Positions 46,798-56,106 of a stretch of DNA of 56,106 bases are shown in pieces (the first letter of the stretch is position 1; every line of letters starts with the position of its first letter). The stretch spans positions 1-56,106 of the forward strand of contig JAJQAD010000144.1 in assembly GCA_021204005.1 (NCBI GenBank), in the 5' to 3' direction. The stretch is from Clostridiales bacterium. GTDB lineage: Bacteria > Bacillota > Clostridia > Lachnospirales > Lachnospiraceae. Position numbers and translations under genes: made by a program. The notes beneath the pieces were generated by a model, which made no database searches, was not told where the DNA came from, and worked only from the letters and a program-made list of their open reading frames with translations.

Positions 46798-47682
46798 ATG
46801 AAAAAGAAAGAAATGAAGAAAACGCTTACTCCTGCTCAGGAAAATAGAAGACAGTTTCTCAGTACCTTTTTTGCGAGGATTCCGGTCAGAATCGCCTTTG
46901 TAATTTTTATAATTATAATATTTCTCGCGGTTTTTGCTCCTCTTGTAGCGACTTATGACCCGACGCAACAGGATTTGACCAATATGTTTGCCGGAGTGTC
47001 GCGGAAACATATTTTTGGCACTGATGCTTTGGGCAGGGATATCTTTTCTAGAATTGTGTATGGGACCAGAGCTTCTCTTTCTGTAGGAGTCGTGTCTACG
47101 TTGATTGCAGGTTGTCTGGGTATTATGTTGGGATTGATCGCGGGATATATTGGAAAAGTTGTGGATGCGGTGATCATGAGAATTATGGATGCCATGATGT
47201 CTATACCGGTGGTTATCCTGGCGCTGTTTTTAGGTTCCATTTTTGGAAAAGGTCTCGGAAACATCATGTTATGTATTGGAATTGTAATGATGCCGGGATA
47301 TGCCAGACTTACCAGGGGGCAGGTGATGACTGTCAAGCAGCTTGACTATGTGACAGCAGGGAAGATTGGCGGAGCCGGCAGAATGAAGAATGCGATGAAA
47401 CATATTCTGCCTAACATTATGGCACCGAATCTTGTCAGGGCAACGATGAACCTGGGCACGGCAATTCTGACGGAGGCGAGTCTGAGTTACCTGGGTATGG
47501 GGATTAATCCGCCCACACCTTCGTGGGGAGCTATGGTGAGCGATGGTTACCGTTATCTGGGTGAGCATCCGCACATTGCAATTCTGCCTGGAGTATTTAT
47601 TATTGTTACCGTATGGGCATTCAATGTGTGCGGCGATGCGCTGCGTGACGCGACAGACCCACGGTTAAGAGGTACCAGATAG
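46798..47682 (+). CDS. ABC transporter permease (DppC/OppC-like)
   Basis: HIFGTD.LGRDIFSR, HILPN, EASLSYLG.G...P.PSWG, GDALRD..DPR. Confidence 0.93.
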   Translation: MKKKEMKKTLTPAQENRRQFLSTFFARIPVRIAFVIFIIIIFLAVFAPLVATYDPTQQDLTNMFAGVSRKHIFGTDALGRDIFSRIVYGTRASLSVGVVSTLIAGCLGIMLGLIAGYIGKVVDAVIMRIMDAMMSIPVVILALFLGSIFGKGLGNIMLCIGIVMMPGYARLTRGQVMTVKQLDYVTAGKIGGAGRMKNAMKHILPNIMAPNLVRATMNLGTAILTEASLSYLGMGINPPTPSWGAMVSDGYRYLGEHPHIAILPGVFIIVTVWAFNVCGDALRDATDPRLRGTR

Positions 47683-47695
47683 AAAGGATCATGAT

Positions 47696-49729
47696 ATGGA
47701 ACATTTAATAGAGGTAAAAAATTTACATACTCAGTTTGAACAGTCCAAAGGGATTTTAAAAGCGGTAAACGGTGTTTCCTATTATCTTGACCGGGGAGAA
47801 GTCGTAGCTTTTGTAGGGGAAAGCGGGAGTGGAAAATCTGTCACACAATATTCCGGAGTACAGCTGGTTCCCTCGCCTCCGGGGAAAATTACAAAGGGCG
47901 AAGTTCTTTTTGAAGGAACAAATATACTGAATTATGGTTCAAAAAGCAAAGAACTGCAGGACGTAAGGGGTGGAAAGATTGGAATCGTGTTCCAGGAACC
48001 CATGTCAACATTAAATCCAGTTCTCAAAATCGGAACACAATTGACAGAGGGAATTCTGCAACATATGGATATCTCCAGAGAAGAGGCAAAGAAACGAGCG
48101 GTAGAGCTGATGGAAATGGTAGGTATACCGGATCCGGAAAGCCGACTGGATGCTTACCCTCATGAGTTTTCGGGAGGAATGCGTCAGAGAATTGTGATTG
48201 CGATGGCATTATCCTGCAATCCGGATCTTCTGATTGCAGATGAGGCGACCACTGCACTGGATGTTACCACACAGGCACAGATTCTGAATCTGATGCAGGA
48301 TCTGGTGAAAAAAACCAATACGGCGATGGTTCTGGTGACACATAATCTGAGTATTGTGGCGCGATATGCAGACCGGGTATATGTCATGTATGCCGGAGAA
48401 ATTGTGGAGAGCGGTAAGACAGAAGAAATTTTTGCAGATCCTCATCATCCATATACAATTGGGCTGATGAACGCAGTTCCCGGGCTTCATGATCCGAAAG
48501 ACAGAAAACTGATTCCGATTCCGGGGTTTGTAAGCAACCTGGTAAACCGGAAAGATGAATGTGCTTTCATGTCGAGGTGCGCTTATTGTACGAAAGAGTG
48601 TACTCACGCGGCCACGCTGATGCTTCGGGAGGTGCCGGGGCAGCCGGGACATTTTGCGGCCTGTCACAGAGAAGTGACAAAAGGTACAAAAGCGGAGCGC
48701 GTATTTGACATTAATACCAGGGAATATAAGGAAAAAGAGTATCACGGCCTGACGGATAAAGATAAAATCCTGCAAATCAGGGATTTAAAAGTATACTTTC
48801 CGGTCTATAAGGGATTGATAAAAAAGAAAGCAGCGGATATCAAAGCGGTGGATGGAGTTACTTTTGATATTTATAAAGGGGAAACTTTTGGCCTGGTGGG
48901 TGAATCAGGTTGCGGGAAATCCACGGTTGCCAGAACCATTATGAGGTTGAATGAAACTACGGACGGGCAGATTATATTTCGGGGAGCAGATATCACACAC
49001 TTGAATGATGTTAAAATGCGTCCCTACAGAAGAGATATGTCTATGATTTTCCAGGATCCGTACGGTTCACTGGATCCGAGACAGCGGGCTGGCGACATCG
49101 TCATGGAGCCGATGAAGAATTTTAAACTGGATATGACGAGAGAGCAGATGAACCAGAGAGTAGATGAGTTGTTTGAACTGGTTGGCCTGGACACAGCGTA
49201 TAAAGATCGGGTGCCGCATGAGTTTTCCGGCGGACAGAGGCAGCGGTTGGTAATTGCGAGAGCTCTTTCGACTAACCCGGAGTTGCTGGTTTGTGATGAA
49301 GCAATCTCAGCGTTAGATGTCTCTATTCAGGCACAGATTATCAATCTGCTGGAGGAACTTCAGGATAAAATGGGGTTGACATATCTGTTTATCGCGCATG
49401 ATTTGTCGGTGGTGCGTCATATCAGTGACAGGGTGGCGGTTATGTATCTGGGGCAGCTGGTAGAGCTCGCGGGATGGGACGATCTTTATTCGAATCCTCT
49501 GCATCCTTACACAAAATCTTTGCTGGAAGCGGTGCTTGTGCCGGATCCGGAAGTGGAAAAGAAAATAGATAGAAATATCATCAGGGGTGAGGTTCCCAGC
49601 CCTATGAACCGGCCGCAGGGTTGTGCGTTTTCAAGTCGGTGTCCATATGCATCAGAACAATGCCGGAAGAAAATGCCAGAGCTGAAATCAGATGTGGCCG
49701 GACATTTGGTGGCATGCCATCTGGTGTGA
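47696..49729 (+). CDS. Fused double ABC ATPase (DppD-DppF-like)
   Basis: Two Walker A (GESGSGKS, GESGCGKS), two FSGG signatures, two Cys-rich oligo_HPY tails. Confidence 0.93.
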   Translation: MEHLIEVKNLHTQFEQSKGILKAVNGVSYYLDRGEVVAFVGESGSGKSVTQYSGVQLVPSPPGKITKGEVLFEGTNILNYGSKSKELQDVRGGKIGIVFQEPMSTLNPVLKIGTQLTEGILQHMDISREEAKKRAVELMEMVGIPDPESRLDAYPHEFSGGMRQRIVIAMALSCNPDLLIADEATTALDVTTQAQILNLMQDLVKKTNTAMVLVTHNLSIVARYADRVYVMYAGEIVESGKTEEIFADPHHPYTIGLMNAVPGLHDPKDRKLIPIPGFVSNLVNRKDECAFMSRCAYCTKECTHAATLMLREVPGQPGHFAACHREVTKGTKAERVFDINTREYKEKEYHGLTDKDKILQIRDLKVYFPVYKGLIKKKAADIKAVDGVTFDIYKGETFGLVGESGCGKSTVARTIMRLNETTDGQIIFRGADITHLNDVKMRPYRRDMSMIFQDPYGSLDPRQRAGDIVMEPMKNFKLDMTREQMNQRVDELFELVGLDTAYKDRVPHEFSGGQRQRLVIARALSTNPELLVCDEAISALDVSIQAQIINLLEELQDKMGLTYLFIAHDLSVVRHISDRVAVMYLGQLVELAGWDDLYSNPLHPYTKSLLEAVLVPDPEVEKKIDRNIIRGEVPSPMNRPQGCAFSSRCPYASEQCRKKMPELKSDVAGHLVACHLV

Positions 49730-49822
49730 TATTGCCTGTGCAGAGGAATCGAGGATTCATTGTATTAAAAACTTACAGTGCCAGCTCGATATAGATAGAT
49801 TGTTGAGAGAGGATGAGAAGAA

Positions 49823-51604
49823 ATGGATAATTCTTTCGCTAAAATGTTGAAAGCATTGGAGAACGATTATAAGAAACTGGATATGGAGGTTTTATATCCG
49901 GACGTGCTCACGACGGAGGTGATGCTTCCGATGTCCGACGGCGTAAAGCTGAAAACATATATTTATTATGGAAAAGAAATTCCGGAGGGAAGCAGCCTTC
50001 CTGTAATTCTGCAGCGTTCGCCCTATGCCCATTCTATGGATATTTACCAGGCGCATGGTAAAAACCTGGCGCAAAGAGGCTTTGTATACATTCTTCAATT
50101 TTGCCGGGGAACTGGACAATCCGAGGGTGAGTGGGAGCCGAATGTTAACGAACGGCAGGACGGTCTTGATACATTAAGCTGGCTGCAGAATGAACCCTGG
50201 GTGAAAAATATCGGATACTGGGGAGACTCTTATCTTGCGTCGACAGGCTGGTGTATGGCGGACGCTGTGCCGTCGAAAGTAAAGGGGATGTATCTCGGCG
50301 TGTATGGCACAGATCGTTTTACGTCTGTATACTCAAAAGGAATGTTCCGGCACGATGTGCTGACCTCCTGGGCGATGGGAAATGCCGGGTATCCGGTTGA
50401 CAGTGACTATCTGGAGAGCTGCCGGTTTATGCCGCATTATAAAGTAGATGAGTGTCTGTGGGGCAGGAAGCTTCCATGGTATCGGCAGTGGATTACCGCG
50501 CCGCGGGAGGATGATGCGTACTGGCAGCAGGGATTCTGGAAGATGCTGAGAGAAATCCCGTCTAAAGTAAGAATTCCGTTGCTGATTACGGACGCCTGGT
50601 ATGATCATCACCTGGGAAGCGCTCTCAAATCCTACGAGACGTTGAGTCGGGAGGCGAAGAAAAATACGACTCTGATTGTCGGATGCTGGAACCATTATTC
50701 AGAGAATTGTATTGAGTGGGATGAGCCGCAGAATCTTCAGAACAGAGAAGTGCCGATTATGATAAAGTGGTTCCGTACTTTACTGATGGAAGACAGGATT
50801 CCTGAGAGTGAAGTTCGGAGCTATATCATCGGTGCGGATGAGTGGAAAGAGTATCCGGAATGGCCGATGCCGGTAAAAAGCCGGAAAAAATTTTATTTCA
50901 ATGCGGGAGAAAGAGCAGATTCCGGGAAAAAACTTACACTTTCAGAATCTCCGGCAGAGCCTCTTTCCAAGGCGGAATATATCTATGACCCGAAGAATCC
51001 CGTGCCGTCCCTCGGGGCCGAATCCATGCTAAAATCAATAAATAAGGTCGGAAGCATGTATCAGCCGGAACCGGGATTCCGGAAGGATGTATTGTCGTTT
51101 ATCTCCGAACCGCTGGAAGAGGAGTTTACCATCGCCGGGAAGATGCGGGTATATCTGCAGGTGTCGACAGACTGTGATGATACGGCCTTTACGGCCAAGG
51201 TGATGGAAGTCAGGGGAGACGGGAAATCCGTGAATATCCGCTCATCGATCACGACGATCGCAGCGGATTATCCGGATAAAAGATATGTATCAGATAAAAA
51301 ATCGGTGCTTGATGAGGAAGCAGAAAATTCCAGGAAAGTGATGGAGCACAGGGAAGATACGTATACTCCGGGAGAAATCGCGGAAGTTTGTGTGGAAATG
51401 TGGGATATCGCCTGGAAACTGCAAAAAGGATCCCGGATTCGGGTAGATATCTCATCCTCTGATTTCCCGCAGTATTCGGTTCATTCGAATTATGCGGGTA
51501 TCTGGTCCAGGCAGGAGAAGACCCGGGTGGCACATCAGGTGATTTATTGCGGCGGAGGGTACGCTTCCCGGCTGGAAATTCCAGTGCTGGATGAAAGGTC
51601 CTAA
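49823..51604 (+). CDS. CocE/NonD family serine hydrolase
   Basis: M.DGVKL, RSPY, RGTGQSEG, nucleophile GDSYLA, WYD, G.W.H, YDP.NPVP, RVDISSSDFP. Confidence 0.9.
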   Translation: MDNSFAKMLKALENDYKKLDMEVLYPDVLTTEVMLPMSDGVKLKTYIYYGKEIPEGSSLPVILQRSPYAHSMDIYQAHGKNLAQRGFVYILQFCRGTGQSEGEWEPNVNERQDGLDTLSWLQNEPWVKNIGYWGDSYLASTGWCMADAVPSKVKGMYLGVYGTDRFTSVYSKGMFRHDVLTSWAMGNAGYPVDSDYLESCRFMPHYKVDECLWGRKLPWYRQWITAPREDDAYWQQGFWKMLREIPSKVRIPLLITDAWYDHHLGSALKSYETLSREAKKNTTLIVGCWNHYSENCIEWDEPQNLQNREVPIMIKWFRTLLMEDRIPESEVRSYIIGADEWKEYPEWPMPVKSRKKFYFNAGERADSGKKLTLSESPAEPLSKAEYIYDPKNPVPSLGAESMLKSINKVGSMYQPEPGFRKDVLSFISEPLEEEFTIAGKMRVYLQVSTDCDDTAFTAKVMEVRGDGKSVNIRSSITTIAADYPDKRYVSDKKSVLDEEAENSRKVMEHREDTYTPGEIAEVCVEMWDIAWKLQKGSRIRVDISSSDFPQYSVHSNYAGIWSRQEKTRVAHQVIYCGGGYASRLEIPVLDERS

Positions 51605-51819
51605 CCCGGATAAACCGGAATAGAAGTTTTGCTATTTTTCGCAAGATTTTCTTTTTCCACGAAATATACTCTTGCATAAAGGTTCCTGTTTTTTTATACT
51701 GAGTATTAAGTGAATGGAGCAGATTTGGAAACAGATGGCAGGCTGTCTTTTTAAATTATAAAAAGTAATGCAGCACGAGACTGCCCATACAGGAAAATTA
51801 ATGATATGGAGGGGTAACG

Positions 51820-54420
51820 ATGAAGCTGAAGAAACGAGGGTACGTCGGGACGACGTCAAGGGATGTAACGGAACGGGAAGTAAAGAATGCGGCGCTGGCG
51901 CGGCGGGCGGCCGCGGAGGGTTTTGTGCTTTTGAAAAATGAGGGCAATCTGCTTCCGCTGAAGAAAGGCAGTAAAATCGGTCTGTACGGCGCCGGTGCAG
52001 TGAAAACGATCAAGGGTGGAACAGGATCCGGTGACGTGAACAATCGAACTAACGTCAGCATCCGTGAAGGTCTGACCGGTGGCGGATTTGAGGTGACGGA
52101 GCCAAGCCGGAACTGGATGGATGCTTATGAGAACTGCTATGAGCAGGCACGTCAGGACTGGAAAACTGAGATTTTACGGAAAGTGAATGAGGATTTTGGC
52201 GGAAACTTTTTTGCAGGGTATTCTTCAACGCCTTTCCTTGTGCCGTGCGGCGACCCTATTGATGCGGCAGCTGCGCAGGCGGACGGCGCGGATATTGCAA
52301 TCTTTGTCCTGGCGCGTATCGCGGGGGAGAATGCGGACCGTAAGGATGCACCGGGAGATTACTATGTGACAGAGGAAGAGAAAGCACTGATCGGTCAGGT
52401 CTGTGCCTGCTATAAAAAAGTGATTCTTGTCGTCAACACAGGCGGACTGGTGGATCTGGCTTTTACTGACGAAATGAGCAATATCGCGGCCATTATTCAG
52501 TTTATGCAGGCAGGGCAGGAAGGCGGCAATGCGCTGGCGGATGTGCTGAGCGGCGATGTCACTCCGTCCGGCAAGATGACAGACACCTGGGCGCTGGATT
52601 ACAGCGATTATCCCAATGCATCGACTTTCAGCTTTAAGAGCGGCGATGTTTATAAGGAAGAGTACAAAGAGGGAATCTATGTGGGATACCGGTATTTTGA
52701 TACCTTTGATGTGCCGGTGCACTATTGCTTCGGATACGGCCTGTCCTACACGGAGTTTCAGATTGAGATCGGCGCGGTTTCCCTGTGCGGAATCGGGACC
52801 GAACAGCCGATGGTGCAGGCGGAGCTTTCCGTGAAAAATGTGGGGGATACCTACGCCGGAAAGGAAGTGGTACAGATCTATGCATCCTGCCCGCAGGGGT
52901 CGCTGCCAAAAGAGTACCGGCGTCTGGCGGCATTCGCGAAGACGGATCTGCTGCAGCCGGGGGAGACACAGCAGATGAAAGTCTCTTTCCCTCTTTATCA
53001 GCTGGCTTCTTATTTTGAGACGGAAGCGGCGTGGATGCTGGAAAAAGGAACTTACGGAATCTGGGCAGGCAATTCCCTGGAAAACGCAGTGCTGGCCGGG
53101 ACAATTACACTGGATGAGACGGCGCGTCTGGTGCAGTGCGGACATATCTGCAAACCGCAGGAGACGATTGACGAGATGCAGCCGGATGCAGAAAAAATGC
53201 GTGCAAAGGAGGAGGCGTGGCTGGCCGAAGCTGCGGAGCAGAATCTGCCTGATGTAAAACTGGCTGCTGCTGACTTAAAAACAGATGAGATCCTTTATTC
53301 GGAGCCGGTTGCGCATTATCCCGGTAAGGCCGGAGAGATCGTGGACAGCCTTTCTGTGGAGCAGCTGATCGCGTTGGCTACGGGGGATCCGGGCAAAGAC
53401 CAGGAAGGAACGGCGCTCGGTTCCGCAGGACAGACGGTTCCGGGAGCGGCGGCGGAGACGGCGACCGCGGCGGAAGCGGATCCCTGGAATGTGGCGAGTA
53501 TTGTCCTGGCGGACGGCCCGGCCGGCCTGCGGCTGCGCCAGACCTATGAGGTCCGGGAGGACGGAAGTATTGATGCGGGAGATTTCCTGGCAGGTTTTGA
53601 AAACGGATTTTTCGCGGAGCCGAGGGACGCGGCGGGTACGGTTTATTATCAGTATTGCACGGCGATTCCGGTGGGGACGCTGCTGGCACAGACCTGGGAT
53701 ACGGAGCTGGTCAGAAAAGTGGGCGAGATGATCGCCGGGGAGATGAATGAGTTTGAGGTTTCTCTCTGGCTGGCACCGGGTATGAATATCCATCGGAATC
53801 CGCTCTGCGGCCGGAATTTCGAGTATTTCTCCGAGGACCCGCTGGTGTCGGGTATTATGGCATCTGCGATGACCCTGGGCGTGCAGAAGGTGCCGGGCTG
53901 CGGTACCACAATCAAACATTTTTGCTGCAACAACCAGGAGGACAACCGGATGGGTTCCGATTCCGTACTGTCTGAGCGCGCGCTTCGTGAAATCTATCTG
54001 AAAGGGTTTGAGATCGCAGTGAAAAATGCCCAGCCTATGTCCATCATGACTTCCTACAATATGGTAAACGGCGTCCATGCTGCGAACTGCTATGATATCT
54101 GCACGAAAGCGGCGCGGGATGAGTGGGGATTTGCCGGGGCGATTATGACAGACTGGACGACCTCCACCAATTCCACGGCGGGAGAGTGTTCTGCGGCGGG
54201 CTGCATGAAGGCGGGCAACGATATGGTAATGCCGGGTGACCTGCGTGACCATGAAAGTATCCGGAAAGCACTGACGGACGGAAGCCTGGATATGCAGGAG
54301 CTGAAGCGTTGCATTTACCATACGGTCCGGCTGATTCTGCAGACCAACCAGTATGAGGATGCGGTGAGCTACACGGAGCAGTTTGCGGGGCTGGATTCCT
54401 GGCTGACAATAGAAAAATAA
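51820..54420 (+). CDS. GH3 beta-glucosidase with inverted domain order
   Basis: N-terminal VLLKN, EGIYVGYRYFD, FGYGLSYT; C-terminal barrel DGPAGLR, HRNPLCGRNFEYFSEDP, KHF, nucleophile IMTDW. Confidence 0.92.
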   Translation: MKLKKRGYVGTTSRDVTEREVKNAALARRAAAEGFVLLKNEGNLLPLKKGSKIGLYGAGAVKTIKGGTGSGDVNNRTNVSIREGLTGGGFEVTEPSRNWMDAYENCYEQARQDWKTEILRKVNEDFGGNFFAGYSSTPFLVPCGDPIDAAAAQADGADIAIFVLARIAGENADRKDAPGDYYVTEEEKALIGQVCACYKKVILVVNTGGLVDLAFTDEMSNIAAIIQFMQAGQEGGNALADVLSGDVTPSGKMTDTWALDYSDYPNASTFSFKSGDVYKEEYKEGIYVGYRYFDTFDVPVHYCFGYGLSYTEFQIEIGAVSLCGIGTEQPMVQAELSVKNVGDTYAGKEVVQIYASCPQGSLPKEYRRLAAFAKTDLLQPGETQQMKVSFPLYQLASYFETEAAWMLEKGTYGIWAGNSLENAVLAGTITLDETARLVQCGHICKPQETIDEMQPDAEKMRAKEEAWLAEAAEQNLPDVKLAAADLKTDEILYSEPVAHYPGKAGEIVDSLSVEQLIALATGDPGKDQEGTALGSAGQTVPGAAAETATAAEADPWNVASIVLADGPAGLRLRQTYEVREDGSIDAGDFLAGFENGFFAEPRDAAGTVYYQYCTAIPVGTLLAQTWDTELVRKVGEMIAGEMNEFEVSLWLAPGMNIHRNPLCGRNFEYFSEDPLVSGIMASAMTLGVQKVPGCGTTIKHFCCNNQEDNRMGSDSVLSERALREIYLKGFEIAVKNAQPMSIMTSYNMVNGVHAANCYDICTKAARDEWGFAGAIMTDWTTSTNSTAGECSAAGCMKAGNDMVMPGDLRDHESIRKALTDGSLDMQELKRCIYHTVRLILQTNQYEDAVSYTEQFAGLDSWLTIEK

Positions 54421-54465
54421 ATGTGAGTTATTTGTGAAATTGACAATATATCCCTCCGATTAGTA

Positions 54466-54494
54466 TTGACATTCTATTACGAAACTATTACGAT
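54466..54494 (+). promoter_or_regulatory. SigA promoter with internal direct repeat
   Basis: TTGACA (54466-71), 17 nt, TACGAT (54489-94); CTATTACGA at 54474 and 54485. Confidence 0.65.
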
Positions 54495-54566
54495 GTTTTA
54501 ATAAATACAGATGTAATAAAATGCTTTGTCGGCAGCGTTTTGCCGGGGCATGTGTCGGAGGAAAAA

Positions 54567-55535
54567 ATGGGTTACCCGGATTTTGTGTGCATGGGCTTTC
54601 AGAAATGCGGCACCACGACTTTATATGAATTGCTGCATCAGCACCCCCAGATTGCTCTTTGCCGGGATGTGAAAGAGCCGATGTACTACCGGGTTCCCTT
54701 TATCAGTGTGATCGGTTTTGGAAAATTTTATTACCGGAGGCGGTATTTCGGGCATCTGAAAAAGGATGACCCGAGACTGCGCGGTGAGGTGAACGCCGGT
54801 CTCACATTCAACGGCTGTGCGGCAAAGCTTAAGCGGAATCTGTCGCCGGATACGAAGATGATTTTTATGCTCCGCAATCCCGTGGAGCGCAGTTATTCCG
54901 CATATAAATACTTTCTCGCCAGAGGATTCCTGCCGCCGGAAGTGATGGAGGATGATGTGCGCCTGGGGCATGCGGCGGGGTTTGACCGCTACGTACACTC
55001 GGTGTTGGACGATTCCGAATCGCGGAGCCGGATTATGAAAAAACGCCTGAAATATCTGGTTTTGTCCCAGAGCAATTATGCGGCGTGTGTGGAGGAGTAC
55101 CTGCCTTTTTTTGACCGGAACAATATGAAGTTTGTCATCTTTGAGGAATTTGTCCGGGATCAGCATCAGTCCTGCCGGGATCTTTATTGCTTCCTTGGTG
55201 TGGAGGACGCGGAGGATATTTCCTATGGTCTGGTAGTAAACAGCGGAAATGAGAGAGCGGTTTCTGCCGGGCGCGCGCGCAGGCTGATGATAATGAAAGG
55301 CGTTCATTATGCCCTGTACGATTTCATGGCTATGAACTGCTGGGCGCCGCGGCTGTATCGCTGTTTTCGCAGATCGTATGAGAAAATCAGGGTTCGCTCT
55401 CTGGTTCCGGATACGGATCACAGCAGGATTTTGCCGGAGACCCGTACATACCTGCAGGCGTATTTCGCGGAGGATGTCCGGCGGATGGAAGAAATCACGG
55501 GGCGGGAACTAAAAAAAATCTGGAAGTGGGAATGA
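54567..55535 (+). CDS. PAPS-dependent sulfotransferase family protein
   Basis: 5'-PSB loop GFQKCGTTTL, L.QHP, KEP, 3'-PB motif LRNPVERSYSAY; ATG after GGAGG. Confidence 0.88.
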   Translation: MGYPDFVCMGFQKCGTTTLYELLHQHPQIALCRDVKEPMYYRVPFISVIGFGKFYYRRRYFGHLKKDDPRLRGEVNAGLTFNGCAAKLKRNLSPDTKMIFMLRNPVERSYSAYKYFLARGFLPPEVMEDDVRLGHAAGFDRYVHSVLDDSESRSRIMKKRLKYLVLSQSNYAACVEEYLPFFDRNNMKFVIFEEFVRDQHQSCRDLYCFLGVEDAEDISYGLVVNSGNERAVSAGRARRLMIMKGVHYALYDFMAMNCWAPRLYRCFRRSYEKIRVRSLVPDTDHSRILPETRTYLQAYFAEDVRRMEEITGRELKKIWKWE

Positions 55536-55600
55536 AACAAAAGAGTTCTATGGTAACCTGTTTACAGCGTACAATATAGGGGAGAAAGAAGGGATAGAAA

Positions 55601-55756
55601 ATGTTAGTGTTTGTATTGTTTGTTGCGGCAGGTGTTGTATTAATTATCACAGTTCTGGCTCGGCTTCTGATGCGTGCGGCGCTTCTTGGAATTGTACTGA
55701 CGAACCAGACGTTGGACAGTCTGGAGACAGATGAGAGTATAGCGATGGATATCTGA
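55601..55756 (+). CDS. Small (51 aa) hydrophobic protein missing from the ORF track
   Basis: MLVFVLFVAAGVVLIITVLARLLMRAALLGIVLTNQTLDSLETDESIAMDI; purine-rich SD; followed by a terminator. Confidence 0.55.
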   Translation: MLVFVLFVAAGVVLIITVLARLLMRAALLGIVLTNQTLDSLETDESIAMDI

Positions 55757-55775
55757 ATATAACATGTCGGCATCT

Positions 55776-55807
55776 GGCCGCTCCGATTTTCGGGGCGGCC
55801 TCTTTTC
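55776..55807 (+). terminator. Intrinsic terminator
   Basis: GGCCGCTCCG / CGGGGCGGCC followed by TCTTTT. Confidence 0.8.
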
Positions 55808-55942
55808 GTTATGCGTAATTATGATGTGTTATTTCCGTGAAACCTCTTGCTATCTGGGAGGGAAAGGTATATCATATACGATGTAGTTTTAAAAACCATG
55901 TCATATAAAGAATGAAACTTTAAAGAGAGAAGGAAAATACCA

Positions 55943-56056
55943 ATGAGAGAGATTATTTTCAGCACAGAGACCGGCTCTGACACGCCGCGTGAGATAGCGG
56001 AGAAATATGGGATTCGAATTGCTCCCATGCATCTTGTCATGGGAGATGTTGATTAT
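55943..56056 (+). CDS. 5' exon (38 codons) of a DegV/FakB family protein
   Basis: MREIIFSTETGSDTPREIAEKYGIRIAPMHLVMGDVDY resembles the DegV N-terminus; AAGGA SD; similarity stops at 56056. Confidence 0.65.
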
Positions 56057-56106
56057 GTGCGCCTGGCGGCGCACGTTTCTAACCGGTGAAAGTCCGGAAT
56101 CCGCCC
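56057..56106 (+). mobile_element. 5' end of a group II intron (cut off by the window edge)
   Basis: Begins GTGCG (the GUGYG 5' splice consensus), followed by a CCGGTGAAAGTCCGG hairpin typical of intron domain I. Confidence 0.7.

Noticed and set aside
51820-54420. Inverted GH3 domain order and fused DppD/F as novelties
   Set aside because: Both architectures are already known in rumen and gut Firmicutes.
723-55421. Numerous long antisense or alternate-frame ORFs (e.g. 723-1640, 17103-18398, 20299-21255, 53275-54321)
   Set aside because: They are shadows of well-supported genes caused by codon bias and have no recognisable motifs.

Overview
A 56.1-kb chromosomal segment, almost entirely on the + strand, from a Clostridia-type bacterium (Lachnospiraceae-like by gene content and promoter style; this is inference). 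The housekeeping backbone includes a Rex-boxed [FeFe]-hydrogenase, thyA-folA-AEC transporter-ilvBN, ilvE, niaR, T-box-controlled ileS overlapping glgP, dnaE, PPi-PFK, fba, pfkA, a TrmH methylase and lpdD-ubiX. Accessory blocks are a TPR/pseudo-TIR protein plus a frameshifted Sel1/TPR protein, a 5'-truncated Fic gene, a GH5-GH2 pair, a LysR-AtuA-Dpp/Opp ABC-CocE/NonD-GH3 catabolic cluster, a sulfotransferase, and a degV gene interrupted by the 5' end of a probable group II intron at the window edge. The most unusual signal is three non-coding arrays with a ~53-bp period (21725-22128, 24717-24962, 31271-31632). Each unit is a short arm, ~24 nt, the inverted arm, and a shorter linker. Two arrays share ACCCAC/GTGGGT arms with variable spacers and bracket an AT-rich gene for an uncharacterised PD-(D/E)XK-like nuclease. 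The third keeps the geometry with different arms (CATACGGAC/GTCCGTATG). This is a candidate array-associated nuclease system that is neither CRISPR nor TIGR. All family calls come from motif recognition by eye; no database searches were run.
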